Assembly: GCF_048593235.1 (NCBI RefSeq)
Contig: NC_133617.1
Coordinates: forward strand, 669,332,958 to 669,396,957
DNA length: 64,000 bases
Reading direction: 5' to 3'
Source of the DNA: Sminthopsis crassicaudata
Taxonomy: Eukaryota
Within the stretch, counting starts at the first letter, position 1; every line of letters begins with the position of its first letter. The notes under the pieces are model-generated. The model saw only the letters and a list, made by a program, of their open reading frames with translations. It was not told the origin of the DNA and did no database searches. The translations under genes were made by a program, and so were the position numbers. Positions 39,938-51,521 of this stretch are shown here, in pieces.

Positions 39938-41110
39938 TAACCAGTCAATGAATTTATACAGTCCTTCCTGGTCCCCAACTCTAGCTCAGAGACTGCAGGG
40001 TTTTGTCCTGGCAAGAACAATGAGTTCAAATTTTGGCTCTGTGACTTACCAGCTCCATGCCCATGGGAAAAACATCTAACCTCTCTGTGCCTTATTTGAT
40101 TTGTCTATAAGATTAGGGAGGTTAATTCCTTCCAGTTCTAAATTCTTTGATTTTTAAAGTCAAACTGCACAACTATTTAAGGGGAGGTCTGGTTAGACAG
40201 TAGTAGTTCCTATGAAGAGATTGCAGGATTTAATAGGCTACAAACAGATAAGAGATTTAGGGTTAAAAATCTTTGAAGTCATTTAGTCCATCTCTTTCCT
40301 CTTATTAGTTAGTGTTCATTAATGTGACATGGAAGTTAAAAAATATAACATCATTTTAAATTTCATCCTAAATTCACCCTAAATGTCCAGAACAGAAGGG
40401 AATGGGAGATCGTCTTCATAATCAGATCATATTGGATATATTGTGTTCAATTGTACCGACTACATTTTTAGGGAAGTTACTTGACCAACTGGAACACATC
40501 AGGATGGAAATGAGATTGGAGATCATCCATCTGAAAATAACCTGAAGGAACTGGGGATGCATAGCCAAGAAATAAGAAGACTCCAGAATCTCAAAAATAT
40601 AGTTCAGCTTCTTAAAGTGTGGTTTGCAACTCCATAGAGTCTTGTAACTGAATGTGGGAGTTGTGAAATTATGATTTATTATCAGTAACTGTTTGATTTA
40701 TATATCTCTTTTATATACTTATATACTTGGAGTCATGTAAAAATGTCTCAAGTACGAAAGAGTTGCTAATAGAAAAAATTTAAGAAGTCCTTATCTAGAA
40801 GATCCTAGTTTTGCTTGGTTCTACAGGGCAATGTTAGAGCAATAGATGGACAATACATGAAAACAGAGGCCTAACAGTAACAACTGCACAAAAATGGATA
40901 TGGGCTGTTTCAGTGAGTAGTGAATTCCCCATCATTGGTAATCTTCAGACAAAGTCTGGATATGCATTTCTTGGGAATGCTAGGTAAGAGACTACTGTTC
41001 ATAATATCATGGCTTAGATTAGATGCTCTTTGAGATTATCTTCTAGTTCGGAGATTCTGGAATTCTGTGGTTTTTTAAAAATCCTGAACTAAGGAAGACC
41101 CACATTCCCT

Positions 41111-41385
41111 TTAGTGACTTGTTCTCAGTCTGGGAACCCTAGCAACCTGGCTGGGGGTTCCTGCAAGCTTGACATGACCTGGAAGAAGCCCAGGCTTTGG
41201 GGCATGTTGAGGAAGCATTGCTCCTGTGGTTTCTTTGGTCTCTCCCTGATTCAGTCCCCGGAAATGGTTACGTAGCTCTCGAACACTGATGCCAGACCGA
41301 ACGATGGTATCAAATTTACGGAATTTGCTTGGAGTGGTCAAGGGTTGAGGCATTGTGCTCAGGGGTTTGTGCTCCATAGGACCAC
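41111..41385 (-). CDS. Unnamed 201-aa gene, last coding exon (…PSKFRKFDTIVRSGISVRELRNHF…RTSH*)
   Basis: CTTCCTTAG acceptor, phase 1 in frame, open to TAA. Confidence 0.7.
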
Positions 41386-41693
41386 CTAAGGAAGCAGGAG
41401 ATGGACAGGTTAGATTTATTAGTACTTACTCACTGCCACTTCTACCCCACCAACCCAAAATTTATATGAGAAAGAAATATTAGTTCAAGGTACCATGGAA
41501 AACCCTGAGCTAGGAGTCATATCTCTGCAACTTGGGAAATTATTGTTTGGGTCCCAGTGTCCCCTCCCAACCATATTGGATTCCATGCCCTCTAAAATTT
41601 CTGACAATTGATGTTCTAGGAAATGATGCACTGCTGGATTTCAATCTAAAATTCCTGGTCCATCTTAATGTGTTCCTGGATCCAGGATCTCAC

Positions 41694-41826
41694 CTGGTGC
41701 TGATGCCTGACTACTGTTTAGAGCCTCCATGTCTCTGTCTCCATCTCTATCTAGGGCAGCAATGGTATCCAAAAGGAACTTCAGGCTCTCCTGCTCCCTT
41801 GGACTTAGACCCTCCAGGTCTGGTTC
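41694..41826 (-). CDS. Unnamed 201-aa gene, exon 3 (EPDLEGLSPREQESLKFLLDTIAALDRD; SARG/PROSER2-like motif)
   Basis: TTCTTCTCCTTGCAG acceptor, CAG|GTGAGA donor, 133 nt, phases match both neighbours. Confidence 0.75.
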
Positions 41827-42304
41827 CTGCAAGGAGAAGAAGGAATCCAACATGGATACAATGCAACAAAGAGCTGTTAACGATCCTACTGTCCAAAAGC
41901 ACTCTACTAGGACCTTGAAGGGTCAAAACAACATCAATATCAAGCCACTTCACAAATAGTAAATTATTTAACTTGAAAAGTCTACAAGCCAAGATTGATG
42001 TAAAAGAAGAATTGTAGTATAACTTTTTGTTAGTTAGATGATCGTGCCTCCAGTGCAGGCTGAGACTGAGATGTCACAAAGTATGGACCAATTCTTTGTG
42101 CTTGTGCTAATTTGGGCCTGACAATTAACATTAAGACAGGAGAGGTTCTCCCCCAGTCAGCACTACATCATATGGTTACACTAAATGGAGAAATTTTAAA
42201 TTTACCTTGACAGTATACTTTCCAGGTTGTACCCATAAATACATGCACTGCCAGAGCTAGCTCCCTATTTGGAAGGCTGAAGACATGTTACATAATTATA
42301 TTAT

Positions 42305-43020
42305 ACTTTGGAACTATTTTCAAAGGGCTATAAAACTGTGCGTACCTTTTGATCCAGTAATGTCACTACTAGGTGTGTATCCCAAAGAGATCATAAAAGA
42401 GGGAAAAAGACTCACATGTTTGTAGCGGCCCTTTTGTAGTGTCAAGGAATTAAAAATGAATTGATGCCCATCAGTTGGGGAATGGCTGAATAAGTTATGG
42501 TATAAGAATACAATGGAATATTATTGTTCTATGAAAAATAATCAGCAAGATGATTTCAGGAAGGTCTGGAGAGACATGAACTGATGCTGAGTGAAGTGAG
42601 CAGAACTAAGGGAACATTGTATACAGTAACAGCAACATGGTGTAATGATTCACTATGATTACTTAACTCTTCTCAGCAATACAATGATCCAAGACAAGTC
42701 CAATAGACGTCGGTGAAAAATGACATCTGCATTCAGAAAGAGAACTATGGAGACTGAATGTGGATGGAAGCATACTTTTTTCATCTTTTTGTTTGTTTTT
42801 TCTTTCTTGTGGTTTTTCCCTTTTGTTCTGATTTTTCTTTCACATGACCAATGTGTAAATATATTTTAAATTATTATACATGTATAATCCATGTCAGAAT
42901 GCTTGCTGTTTTGAGGTGTAGAGGTAAGAAAGGAAGGGGAAAAAAATTGAAACTCAAAATCTTACCAAAAAAAAAATGAATTTTGAAAACAATTTTTACA
43001 TGTAATTGGAAAAAATAAAG
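42305..43020 (+). mobile_element. LINE-1 3' end in intron 2 of the unnamed gene
   Basis: Marsupial L1 3' consensus-like sequence, A-rich end. Confidence 0.8.
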
Positions 43021-43632
43021 TTATGTTACAGAGAAGGCACATTACACACATATGTCATGCAGCAAAATCTAAGTCCTGATTGAAGTCTTGAAGGAAGACT
43101 GGAGGAATCTGCAGAGTATTCATGGAACACGTAAAATTTTAGTTGGCTTTTAATAAGGTAACTTAGGAAGGGAGGTCTTTTAGATCTTAGGAAGAAGGGA
43201 AAATAGAAACAGAGGCTCAAAGATGGGATAAAATGGCAAATTCAGGGATCAGTAAAAAGTCAAAGGTCATAAGGAACAATAGATCCCAAAGGCATCTCAG
43301 GGAAAGTCAGATAGAAGTAACAGTGTTGGCCACAGCATTTCCCACCTGGGGATTCTGGCATTCGAACTGCCCTCCCTCTTCATCTGTATCCATCCTCTTG
43401 TCTCAGCCGGAATGGTTGGACTTCAGGATCCTGGGAATCATAAGCTGGGTTGGTGGACAGCCTGGAAAGTTCAGATCTCCTTATCTCCTCCCCTCCCCCC
43501 TTCTGTTCCCTATTTTTTACCTGGACAAAGCTTATAGTACTTTGACTCCTGTTGCAGCAAGGGATGTTCTAAGGAGCTTTCCAACTATAGCAATGCCAAC
43601 CTGTCCTAGAGGATACAGAAGGTGCCCATTAC

Positions 43633-43817
43633 CTGTTCAGCTTTCTGGCTATTCAGGAGACACTGGCCAGGCTCTGGCCGGATGCAGGATGCTGACCTGG
43701 GTCTTGCCCTCCAGTTGATGGATGCTTCTGTTCCTGCCCAGGATGCACCCCCTTGCACTAGACACCTGTCCTGGCCAAAGGTTAGCATGGGCAAGGGAGG
43801 GGCAGGCAGGTGATGTC
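43633..43817 (-). CDS. Unnamed 201-aa gene, exon 2 (HHLPAPPLPMLTFGQ...INWRARPRSASC...QKAEQ)
   Basis: TTGTTTACACAG acceptor, CAG|GTAATG donor, 185 nt open. Confidence 0.7.
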
Positions 43818-44657
43818 CTGTGTAAACAAGAGCTACTTCCCGGTGGTGACTAGTCGGGCAGCTGTGTCAACACTAACGCTTCTATGGAGAGAGGCTCCCC
43901 AACAGGAAAAAACCGAGCCCTTAGTCACCTTGTCTCCACCCACCCCTCCCCCAGGTCCTGATTAGATACACTTTCCCTTCTTCCCGTGCAGGGGTATCCC
44001 AGGTAGCTCGAGCCATCCCTGCTGGAGACATTGAGATGACCCATTCTGGGACAAATGTGAGAGGCAAAAACTAAGCCAGTCACTCCTCATCCCCCTTCAA
44101 ACCCCTTTGGCTTATCCAACAAAGGTCTTCATCCGCTCCGCCCTCCAGCCAAATTGGCCACTATCTACATCGACCACTAGACCTGCCATCTCTGATCTCC
44201 ACGTTTTTGACTGGGCCATGGCCTTTATCTGGAGAATCCTCAGTTTCCTTCAAGGTTCGGTTTAAGGGTCATCCCACGCATGAAGTCTTTCCAGATTTTT
44301 CCAGGTGATTAGCCCAGATTTCTCTCCTCCTTAATTATCTTGCCTTTACTTGTAGTAAATGTGGTGTTATAGCCTCCAGCTCAGTTAGGAACTTACATTC
44401 CTCTGGCACCTGGCTGAGTGTCTCATCCTTAGCAGACACTTCATAAATGTTTGTTGAACTGGATTTTAATTTGGTTAGAACCCACGGGAGGGTAGAACTG
44501 AGCTGGGGGCAGGAGATAGGACAGAGATTAGGTTAGAATTCTAAAAGTCATAACCATGATATATATGCACGTTTTACAAGTGTTATTTCATCTCGCCTCT
44601 CAACCCCTCCCCCAAAACACCCCCCCTCAAAAAAAAAACTCCAGACACTGGTTACTA

Positions 44658-44796
44658 NNNNNNNNNNNNNNNNNNNNNNNNNNNNNNNNNNNNNNNNNNN
44701 NNNNNNNNNNNNNNNNNNNNNNNNNNNNNNNNNNNNNNNNNNNNNNNNNNNNNNNNNNNNNNNNNNNNNNNNNNNNNNNNNNNNNNNNNNNNNNNN
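44658..44796. other. Assembly gap (139 N)
   Basis: N run. Confidence 1.
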
Positions 44797-45338
44797 GTTG
44801 AAGAAGTTGAGGTGCGAAGAAATTGTGCCAAGTCACCCAGTTACCAAGCGTCTGAGGCAGGAGATGGACCCCTCCCCCACGCCTTTTCAATAATGCAAAA
44901 TCCAGTCATCTGACTATTCCGCAATATTGTCCACGAAGGATCTTAAATGATCATAATTTAGTGTAAAAAGAAAGGCCCTCGGGGTCATCTGGTGCGACCC
45001 TACGGTTCTGTAGATTGCTTGAAGTCGCGCAGTTAGCAATCAGCGGGACTTCCCGGGGATTAGCAGGCTCGAGGCCAGAGATTACATGGCTATAGGGGCA
45101 GACTTAAAGGTCAGTGAATCTAAAGACCCAGAGGAATAAGGCTGGGTTGGAGTTAGGGCTTTAAGGGCCTGGGGGGGAGGGGAGTGCCCAAACAACCTGG
45201 AGTCGCGAGGAGAGTTAGGAGAGTGTGGAGAGGGAGGGGTGGGGGTTGGGAGAAGCTTCCTCTAGGAGGGGGAGGAGTCAGCTGTAGTTCTTGCCCCGCC
45301 CCCAAGTCGCACTGGAGGAACTGGCCAGAGCCGCTCAC

Positions 45339-45351
45339 CAGGGGGCGCCAT
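45339..45351 (-). CDS. Unnamed 201-aa gene, exon 1 coding part (MAPP)
   Basis: ATGGCG followed by CTG|GTGAGC donor; phase 1 joins exon 2 in frame. Confidence 0.6.
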
Positions 45352-45885
45352 AAGATTGGGGCCGGAATGCAGACACTCTAGCCCAGGCCTGGCGGCCAGT
45401 TCCGGTGTCCGTAGTGCCGGCAACCTGTGGCCGGAAGCCAGGAGCCGGGACAGCGCTGCTAAGGCTACTTGCTAGGCGGGCACTGGGACTGACCGCCCGC
45501 CCACCCAGCTGTGGGGAGCCGCGACCTGGCGCTGGCATGCCTCCAGGCCCCGAGGCCGCCACTTGGTCCTTCTCCTCCCGAGATGTCACGGACTGCTGAG
45601 TCCTGACCTCCGGTTCCCCCCGGCCCAGGCAGCTCTCCCCTCAGCCAGTCAGGTTCTTTCTCTCCTGGAGCGACCCGGACTCCTCACGCCTCGGACAGCC
45701 CCTCCCCCGTTAGCCCGTCTCTTGCGGGCCACAGAGACCCCGTGCAGACTCCCTGCAGCCCCTTGCCGACTTTCCCTCTTTAACCCTCCCCCTGCACCTG
45801 AAATCCCGCTCCTTCCCTAATCCCCAACTCCTTCCCCTCCTTAATCGGTTTTCCCCAAGTCTCAGCCCCTCCCCTCTCGCAAGGC

Positions 45886-46273
45886 ATGAGCGCGGAGGAG
45901 CTGGATGCTTGCTCGGGGGACCCAGACCCGAGCCGGCCCCCCGGCCCCCCGGCGGTGGCTGCAGGCGCAGAGCAGGATGGGAAGGCAGAGAGCCTCGAGG
46001 CCCCGAGGAGGACTCCTTCACCCTCGGGGAGCCCGGGCCGGGAGGAGCCCGGGAAGCCCCTGGGCCCCCGTCCCGCTGGAGGCCCGGGAGCTGAGGGTCG
46101 GGACTCTCCTGGCTCCCCTGAACATCCCCTCCCCGTGAGAACCAAAAAACTGGTCCTTCACATGGACATAAACAACACCATCTTCGTGTCTGACAGCGCC
46201 ACGGGGGAGGGGCCCAAAGCCGCCCTCAGCTCCTACTTGAGCTCCGTGTGTTGGGGGCATTTCAACCAGGAGG
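45886..46273 (+). CDS. Uncharacterised HAD-superfamily protein (418 aa), exon 1 (low-complexity N-terminus, motif I LVLHMDINNTI)
   Basis: GGCATGA start, GAGG|GTAAGA donor, 388 nt. Confidence 0.88.
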
Positions 46274-47697
46274 GTAAGAAGCATCCCGGGCTCCGCACCG
46301 GTGCCAGGGGCCCAGTGGTCTTAGGCGGCCTCCAGTTACCCCCGAGGGTGAGGGAGGGGGCCGAGGAAGGAGAGGCGCGGGTGGTCTGGAAGGAAATGCT
46401 GAGATGTGACCTAGGCTCAAACCGTAGAACTTCGCCGAGCTTCAGGTTCTGTTTCTGTAAAGGGGATTTTTAACACAGGGTTTTGTAATGCTCATGTGCC
46501 CTTTTTATCCTTTCTTCTTCCTTGATGGTGCAAGTCTAAAGTGTCCTAACCCCCTCCCCACCCCCGGTTTCTCTGGAGACACTCTCCCTCTTCCCTGGAG
46601 CTGGGTGGAGCCCGTGGAAGATTCTGGGTAGAAGTGGTCAGTGGGTCACTCCCTGTGGTCTTGAGCACGTTGCTGTGCTGTGACTCAAGCAGTTGTTCTG
46701 GAAACTGGAGGGTTCATAGCGTTATGGATTAATTGGTTGCAGGGATCTGGGAAAGAAAGTCATCTTACTCCACCACAAAGGAGTCAAGTAGGCGAGGGGC
46801 CGAGCCCAAAGTCCCGCCGGGAGGGACAGTAGTAACTATCTAGTTACTAGGGAACTCGAACTAGGCAGTCTTACTGACTGGCCTTTTCTCCACTTCCTGT
46901 GCCACTTCCTCAGATTCCTCAGTTAAGAGCTCTAGGGACTTTGGGCAGATCCCTACTTTAGTGAACCTCAGTTTGTCACCTCTGTCTGGAAGGCTGATAA
47001 CAACCACTACTTAGGTCACTGGGCTGTTGTGCAGAAATCATTTTGTATAAAGGCAATTGCTGATGCAGTGGTTAGAGCCCTGGGCCTGAAGTCAGGAAGA
47101 CCAGAGTTCAAATCAGCCTCAGACACTATTTGACTCTGAGCAAATCATTTTGCTTCTGTCTGCCTCGGTTTCCTCTCTACAAATGGAGATAATTATAGTA
47201 TCCACCTTTTGGGGTTGTTAGGATCAAATGAGATAATATTTCTAAAGTGCTTCACAAACCCTAAAGAACCATAGAAATACAAACTATCATTCCAAAGTGA
47301 CATAGAAATGGCTGTTATTATTCCCCTCTCAAAATAAATGGCCCTGGAAAAATCACTTAAACTCCTAATATTCTGTGCAACCCTTTTAAATTTTGAAGAT
47401 GATTGATAAAGGGAGTTTCCTTGCCTGAAATTCTCTACATGGATGAAATCACAAATTTATGTAGGAAAAAAAATCTGTCTTCATCTCAGTTTTATTTTCT
47501 GGGAAATGAAGGACTTGCAGTAGATAGATAAATCTAGGAACGCACTTCTGATTACTGACTGATCACTGGGTTTGGAGGGCTAGCCACCATTGAGCTCCAT
47601 GTCTGAGGGGGGTTAGAGAAATCCCCTCCATGATTTTTGGCCACATTCCATGTCTCATCTACTACATACCCCAACTCTGGATTCCTTTCTCTTTCAG

Positions 47698-48083
47698 GTA
47701 AGTGGCAGTGGCTGAGTGAGCTCCCTTCATTGCTGCCCCCTACCCCTGATGCCAGCAGCTTCTCCTCAATTTTTGGCCGGCACACCAAGTTTATATCGAG
47801 TACGCTGGGCCACCCCTTCCAGTCACTCTTCTCCTCCTACTTGCAGCTGTTGGAGTGGCCTGGCCAGCCGAACTCAGTTTTCTCTGTCCTAGGGGAGGAT
47901 GGCCGTCATTACCACCGGGTGTTGCCAGCCTTTTTCAAATTACTGGCTGGTCTTTCTCAGCAGGGCCGCCGCTTTGCCATCATTTTCCGCACCTTTGGCA
48001 AAGACTTGACCTCACTACTTCAGACCACACACAGTGCCCTTCAAGGCCAGCACCCGCAGTTCTCAGCCTTGAAAGAGGTGATG
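47698..48083 (+). CDS. HAD-like protein exon 2 (GKWQWLSELPSL...motif II AIIFRTFG...)
   Basis: TTTCTCTTTCAG acceptor, ATG|GTGAGC donor, 386 nt open. Confidence 0.9.
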
Positions 48084-48251
48084 GTGAGCAATTCTCTTAA
48101 GGGAAACCAGAGTAGGAGCTCCTCTGGAGAGATTCAGCAGTCTAGTGACTGAAGAGCAGCCATTCTGTCTTAGAACTGGGGGGAAGGGAAGCAGGGGAGA
48201 TGGGTAACACTTGGGATGTGGGTGGGCCTCAACCCCTCCCTGTCCCTGCAG

Positions 48252-48412
48252 CTCCCTGTGGACCTGCGACCTGGAAAGATCCGCTGCAGTTCAAATAAGG
48301 TGATGGTCAGTCGAGGGAAAGAATCTGTGTCCAGTTGGCCAGATGCAAGAGTTGTGTATGACTACTTCAGTGCCATGGAAGGCCTGGGGGGCTTTCAGGA
48401 CCACTTTGCTTG
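48252..48412 (+). CDS. HAD-like protein exon 3 (LPVDLRPGKIRCS...GLGGFQDHFAW)
   Basis: CCCTGCAG acceptor, TG|GTAATA donor, 161 nt. Confidence 0.9.
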
Positions 48413-49101
48413 GTAATAACAATAACAACCCAAAAGAGTTATTTAGCACTATCCATTTATAAAGTACTTTGCTCACAAAGCCTTAGAAGATAGGCAGTGC
48501 AAGTATTATTTTCAGCGTTTTACAGATGAAAATAAAGACTCAAAGAGAAGTAATTTGTTCAGTGTAACAGAACCAGTAAGTGGTAGAGCCCAATTTCAAA
48601 CCTCTGTTCTGGGCCTTCCAGATTTCTTTCTGTCCCCCTCTCTTCCCCTCTCCTCCCCCCCGCCCCCCGTTTCCCCATCCCCCTGAAAGCTACCCAGGAC
48701 CAAAGAAGGTAACTAGTAATCCAGTTTCTCCATAGAGCCCATTTTGGGCATCCATCCCCTCCAAAATACCTTGTCAGTATTATCCCCTCCATGAATGAAG
48801 CCTTCCCTGAACTCTTGGTGCATTGTAATTACTTAATATTTATTGTCTTGGCTTTGTGATTTGATGTCAGCAACTCTCATGCTAGATAGTCCAAACAGTA
48901 AAAGCTTATTTTGTGTCCTGTGGCTGATGGTCCTACCTTTGGATTGGATTTGGGTGAACCCAAGTAGAACTTTCATACTAGCTCACCTATCACTGGCATA
49001 AAGCCAGTTGGGATAGTGCTAATCTGAAGCTCCACCTAAGGACATTATGAGTTCCATGATTATCTCCCCTACAATATCCTCCATTTTCCCTTTCTCTCTA
49101 G

Positions 49102-49234
49102 GTGGTCCAGGAACAATTTCTCCAGTCAAGGTGGCAAGCCACTGTGGGTTGATCCCCATGATCCTGAAGTCCAACACATCTGTTTTGATGATAACATTCG
49201 ACTACAGGATAGGGAGAGCATCATCCACCCTCAG
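49102..49234 (+). CDS. HAD-like protein exon 4 (motif III GGKPLW, motif IV ICFDDNI)
   Basis: TTTCTCTCTAG acceptor, CAG|GTACAA donor, 133 nt. Confidence 0.9.
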
Positions 49235-50521
49235 GTACAAATAGAATGGAATATTGGGAGGGAGAGGAGATAGCCTTTATCTCACAGAGACATAGGGGCT
49301 TGGAGGCAGGAAAACTTGAATTCAAACCCACACTTCAGCCTCACACTTAGCTATGTGATCCTGGGTCAAGTTGAGTCAATAAGTCAACCAAAATTCACTT
49401 TTTAAGAAATGTTATTTCATTTTCAATTCTGAATTTTCCCTTTACTCCCACTCTCCCACACATTGAGGAGGCAAGAAAAACAAAACTCATTACAAATATA
49501 TGTAACCAAAGCTTTTTTTTACTAAAGTCCTTACTGTAGGTCAGACACTACTAAGTGCTAGGGGCATAAAGAAAGGCAAAAAATATCCCTGCTTTTAAGT
49601 GGCTCATACTTTAATGGAGGAAGCAACATGGGAACAACTGTGTGTAGAAATCAGATGTATTAGACATAATATTAAAGGAAAGTCACTAAAATTAAGGAGA
49701 ATCAAGAAAAGCTTTTTGCAGAAGATGGGTCATGAGGCTGAAATAAGGAGAGTTGTAAGGATGGAGCCCAGTCATTTAAAATGCTAAAATTTATACACTT
49801 GAGATGGAGAATTATTTGTGAGGAACAGTAAGGAGATCACTTGTTTTTGTGTTTTAAATAGTATTTTATTTTTTTCTATTTACATATAAAATCAATTTTT
49901 AACATTTAAAAATTTTTTTCAGTTCCAATTTTTTTCTCTCCCTTGCCTTCCCCTTCCCTGGGACAATAAAGTCATTTGATGTATGTCTTATGTTTAATCA
50001 TGTAAAACATTAAAAAGATTAGTCACTGGGTTCAGAGTATGTAGAAAGAAGTAAAGATATAATAAGACTGAAGAGGTAGGAGAGGTCCAGGTTAGAAAGC
50101 TTTAAAAGCCAAGCAGTGGATTTTATATTTGATCCTGAAGGTAGTAAGTCACTAGTAGATCTCTCTCAGCTTGTTTCTTCATCCATAAAATGAGGGAATT
50201 AGGCTTTTTTGCTTTCCTTCCAGCTTGAATTCAGTGATCCTATGAATGGAATCAACCTGAGTTCTTAACCCATCATAAAATTTGGGCCTGCCAAAAGTTA
50301 GTTATGCTAGGATTAGGTTGATTTCCAAGCCTCTGTCAGCATTGGCCTCTTTGGAAGGAACTGAAGATTGGAGTCTTCCCTGGTGGCTAAAGAATGGATG
50401 TGATTTTGTGCAGCATATTGCTGGGCAGAGACCCTCTTCCGAGTCTCATACAGAGATACCACTATATTCTATCCCCACGAGGTCTGTTTATGTGTGTATC
50501 CTATTATATTCTCGGCTACAG

Positions 50522-50710
50522 GTGTTTATGGGACAGGGAGGACAAGAATACTGTACAGTCCCTACCTCTGAACTCTACGGCATCTGCCTAGTGCAAAACG
50601 ATCTCCTTCAGGCCATTGCCAATCCTGACTACTTCTTGATGACTGTGAGCCAGTGTGAGGATCGGTATGACCAATACTTGTCAAAGGTCCAGGCAGACAA
50701 TGGCTATTGA
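50522..50710 (+). CDS. HAD-like protein last exon (VFMGQGG...LVQNDLLQAIANPDYF...GY*)
   Basis: CTACAG acceptor, phase 0, open to TGA; total CDS 1257 nt. Confidence 0.88.
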   Translation: MFMGQGGQEYCTVPTSELYGICLVQNDLLQAIANPDYFLMTVSQCEDRYDQYLSKVQADNGY

Positions 50711-51398
50711 GAAATCAATTCAGGTGACTAATGGACTTCCAGACCACTACAACAAATAGTGCTCCTGAACATCATGGCAAGTTGTCTGTTCCATTTTAAT
50801 CAGAATGGGGAGGGGGCACAAGGTAAGAAGAGTCTTTGTATCTGGCTTTTATCATTTCTGCAGTCTCTTTTGGCTTGGGCCAAGATGAGAGTTGTAAATG
50901 GAGAATTGATCTCCCCTTTCACTTCCAGGACCTTTGCACATGGACATTTGTCTTGGGTAGGGGGATTTAGCTCTACTTTGGCTTCTGTTACACAAAATGA
51001 TGCTTATGTGATTGGAATCTACACATTAAAATCCAGCTTCAATGCTGGGTCAAACACTGCTTCTCTCTTTTTCTCACTGGCTAGATGGAGTAGACCTATA
51101 GTTGGTACAGTTGGGTTCTGAGGGGAGGACTTGGGATGAGGTTAACTGTGGCTCAACCATTGCCAGCAGTAAAATGAAAGTGGGTCATCCCGATTTCCAC
51201 AGTAGGTCTAAGGTAAATATGGAATAGAATAGAAAACATTTATTAAGTCTTTACCATATGGCAAGCAGTATTGGGAAAGCAGTGATGATCCTGAGGATTA
51301 GAATAGTTAGGGTCTGTGTTATCTTATCAGAGGTTAGAATAGAGAAGTCAGTATCCAGTCAGAATTAGACATGGAAGTAGAACTCTGATGTACCAACT

Positions 51399-51521
51399 TG
51401 TCAGGAGCCAAAAACGTGAATATGTTTGGTGGTGTTATGGGAAAAACAGAGCCCTTGGCTCCTGACAGAACTCCTAGTATACTGTTTTTCCCATAACACC
51501 ATCAAACATATTCTTGTTTTT
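51399..51521. repeat. Two interleaved inverted repeats (13 bp perfect; 32 bp with one mismatch)
   Basis: A 51399-51411 / A' 51455-51467; B 51418-51449 / B' 51482-51513. Confidence 0.95.

Larger units (their letters stand above)
44800..46450. promoter_or_regulatory. CpG island, putative bidirectional promoter
   Basis: CpG-rich; divergent ATGs at 45351 (-) and 45886 (+). Confidence 0.75.
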
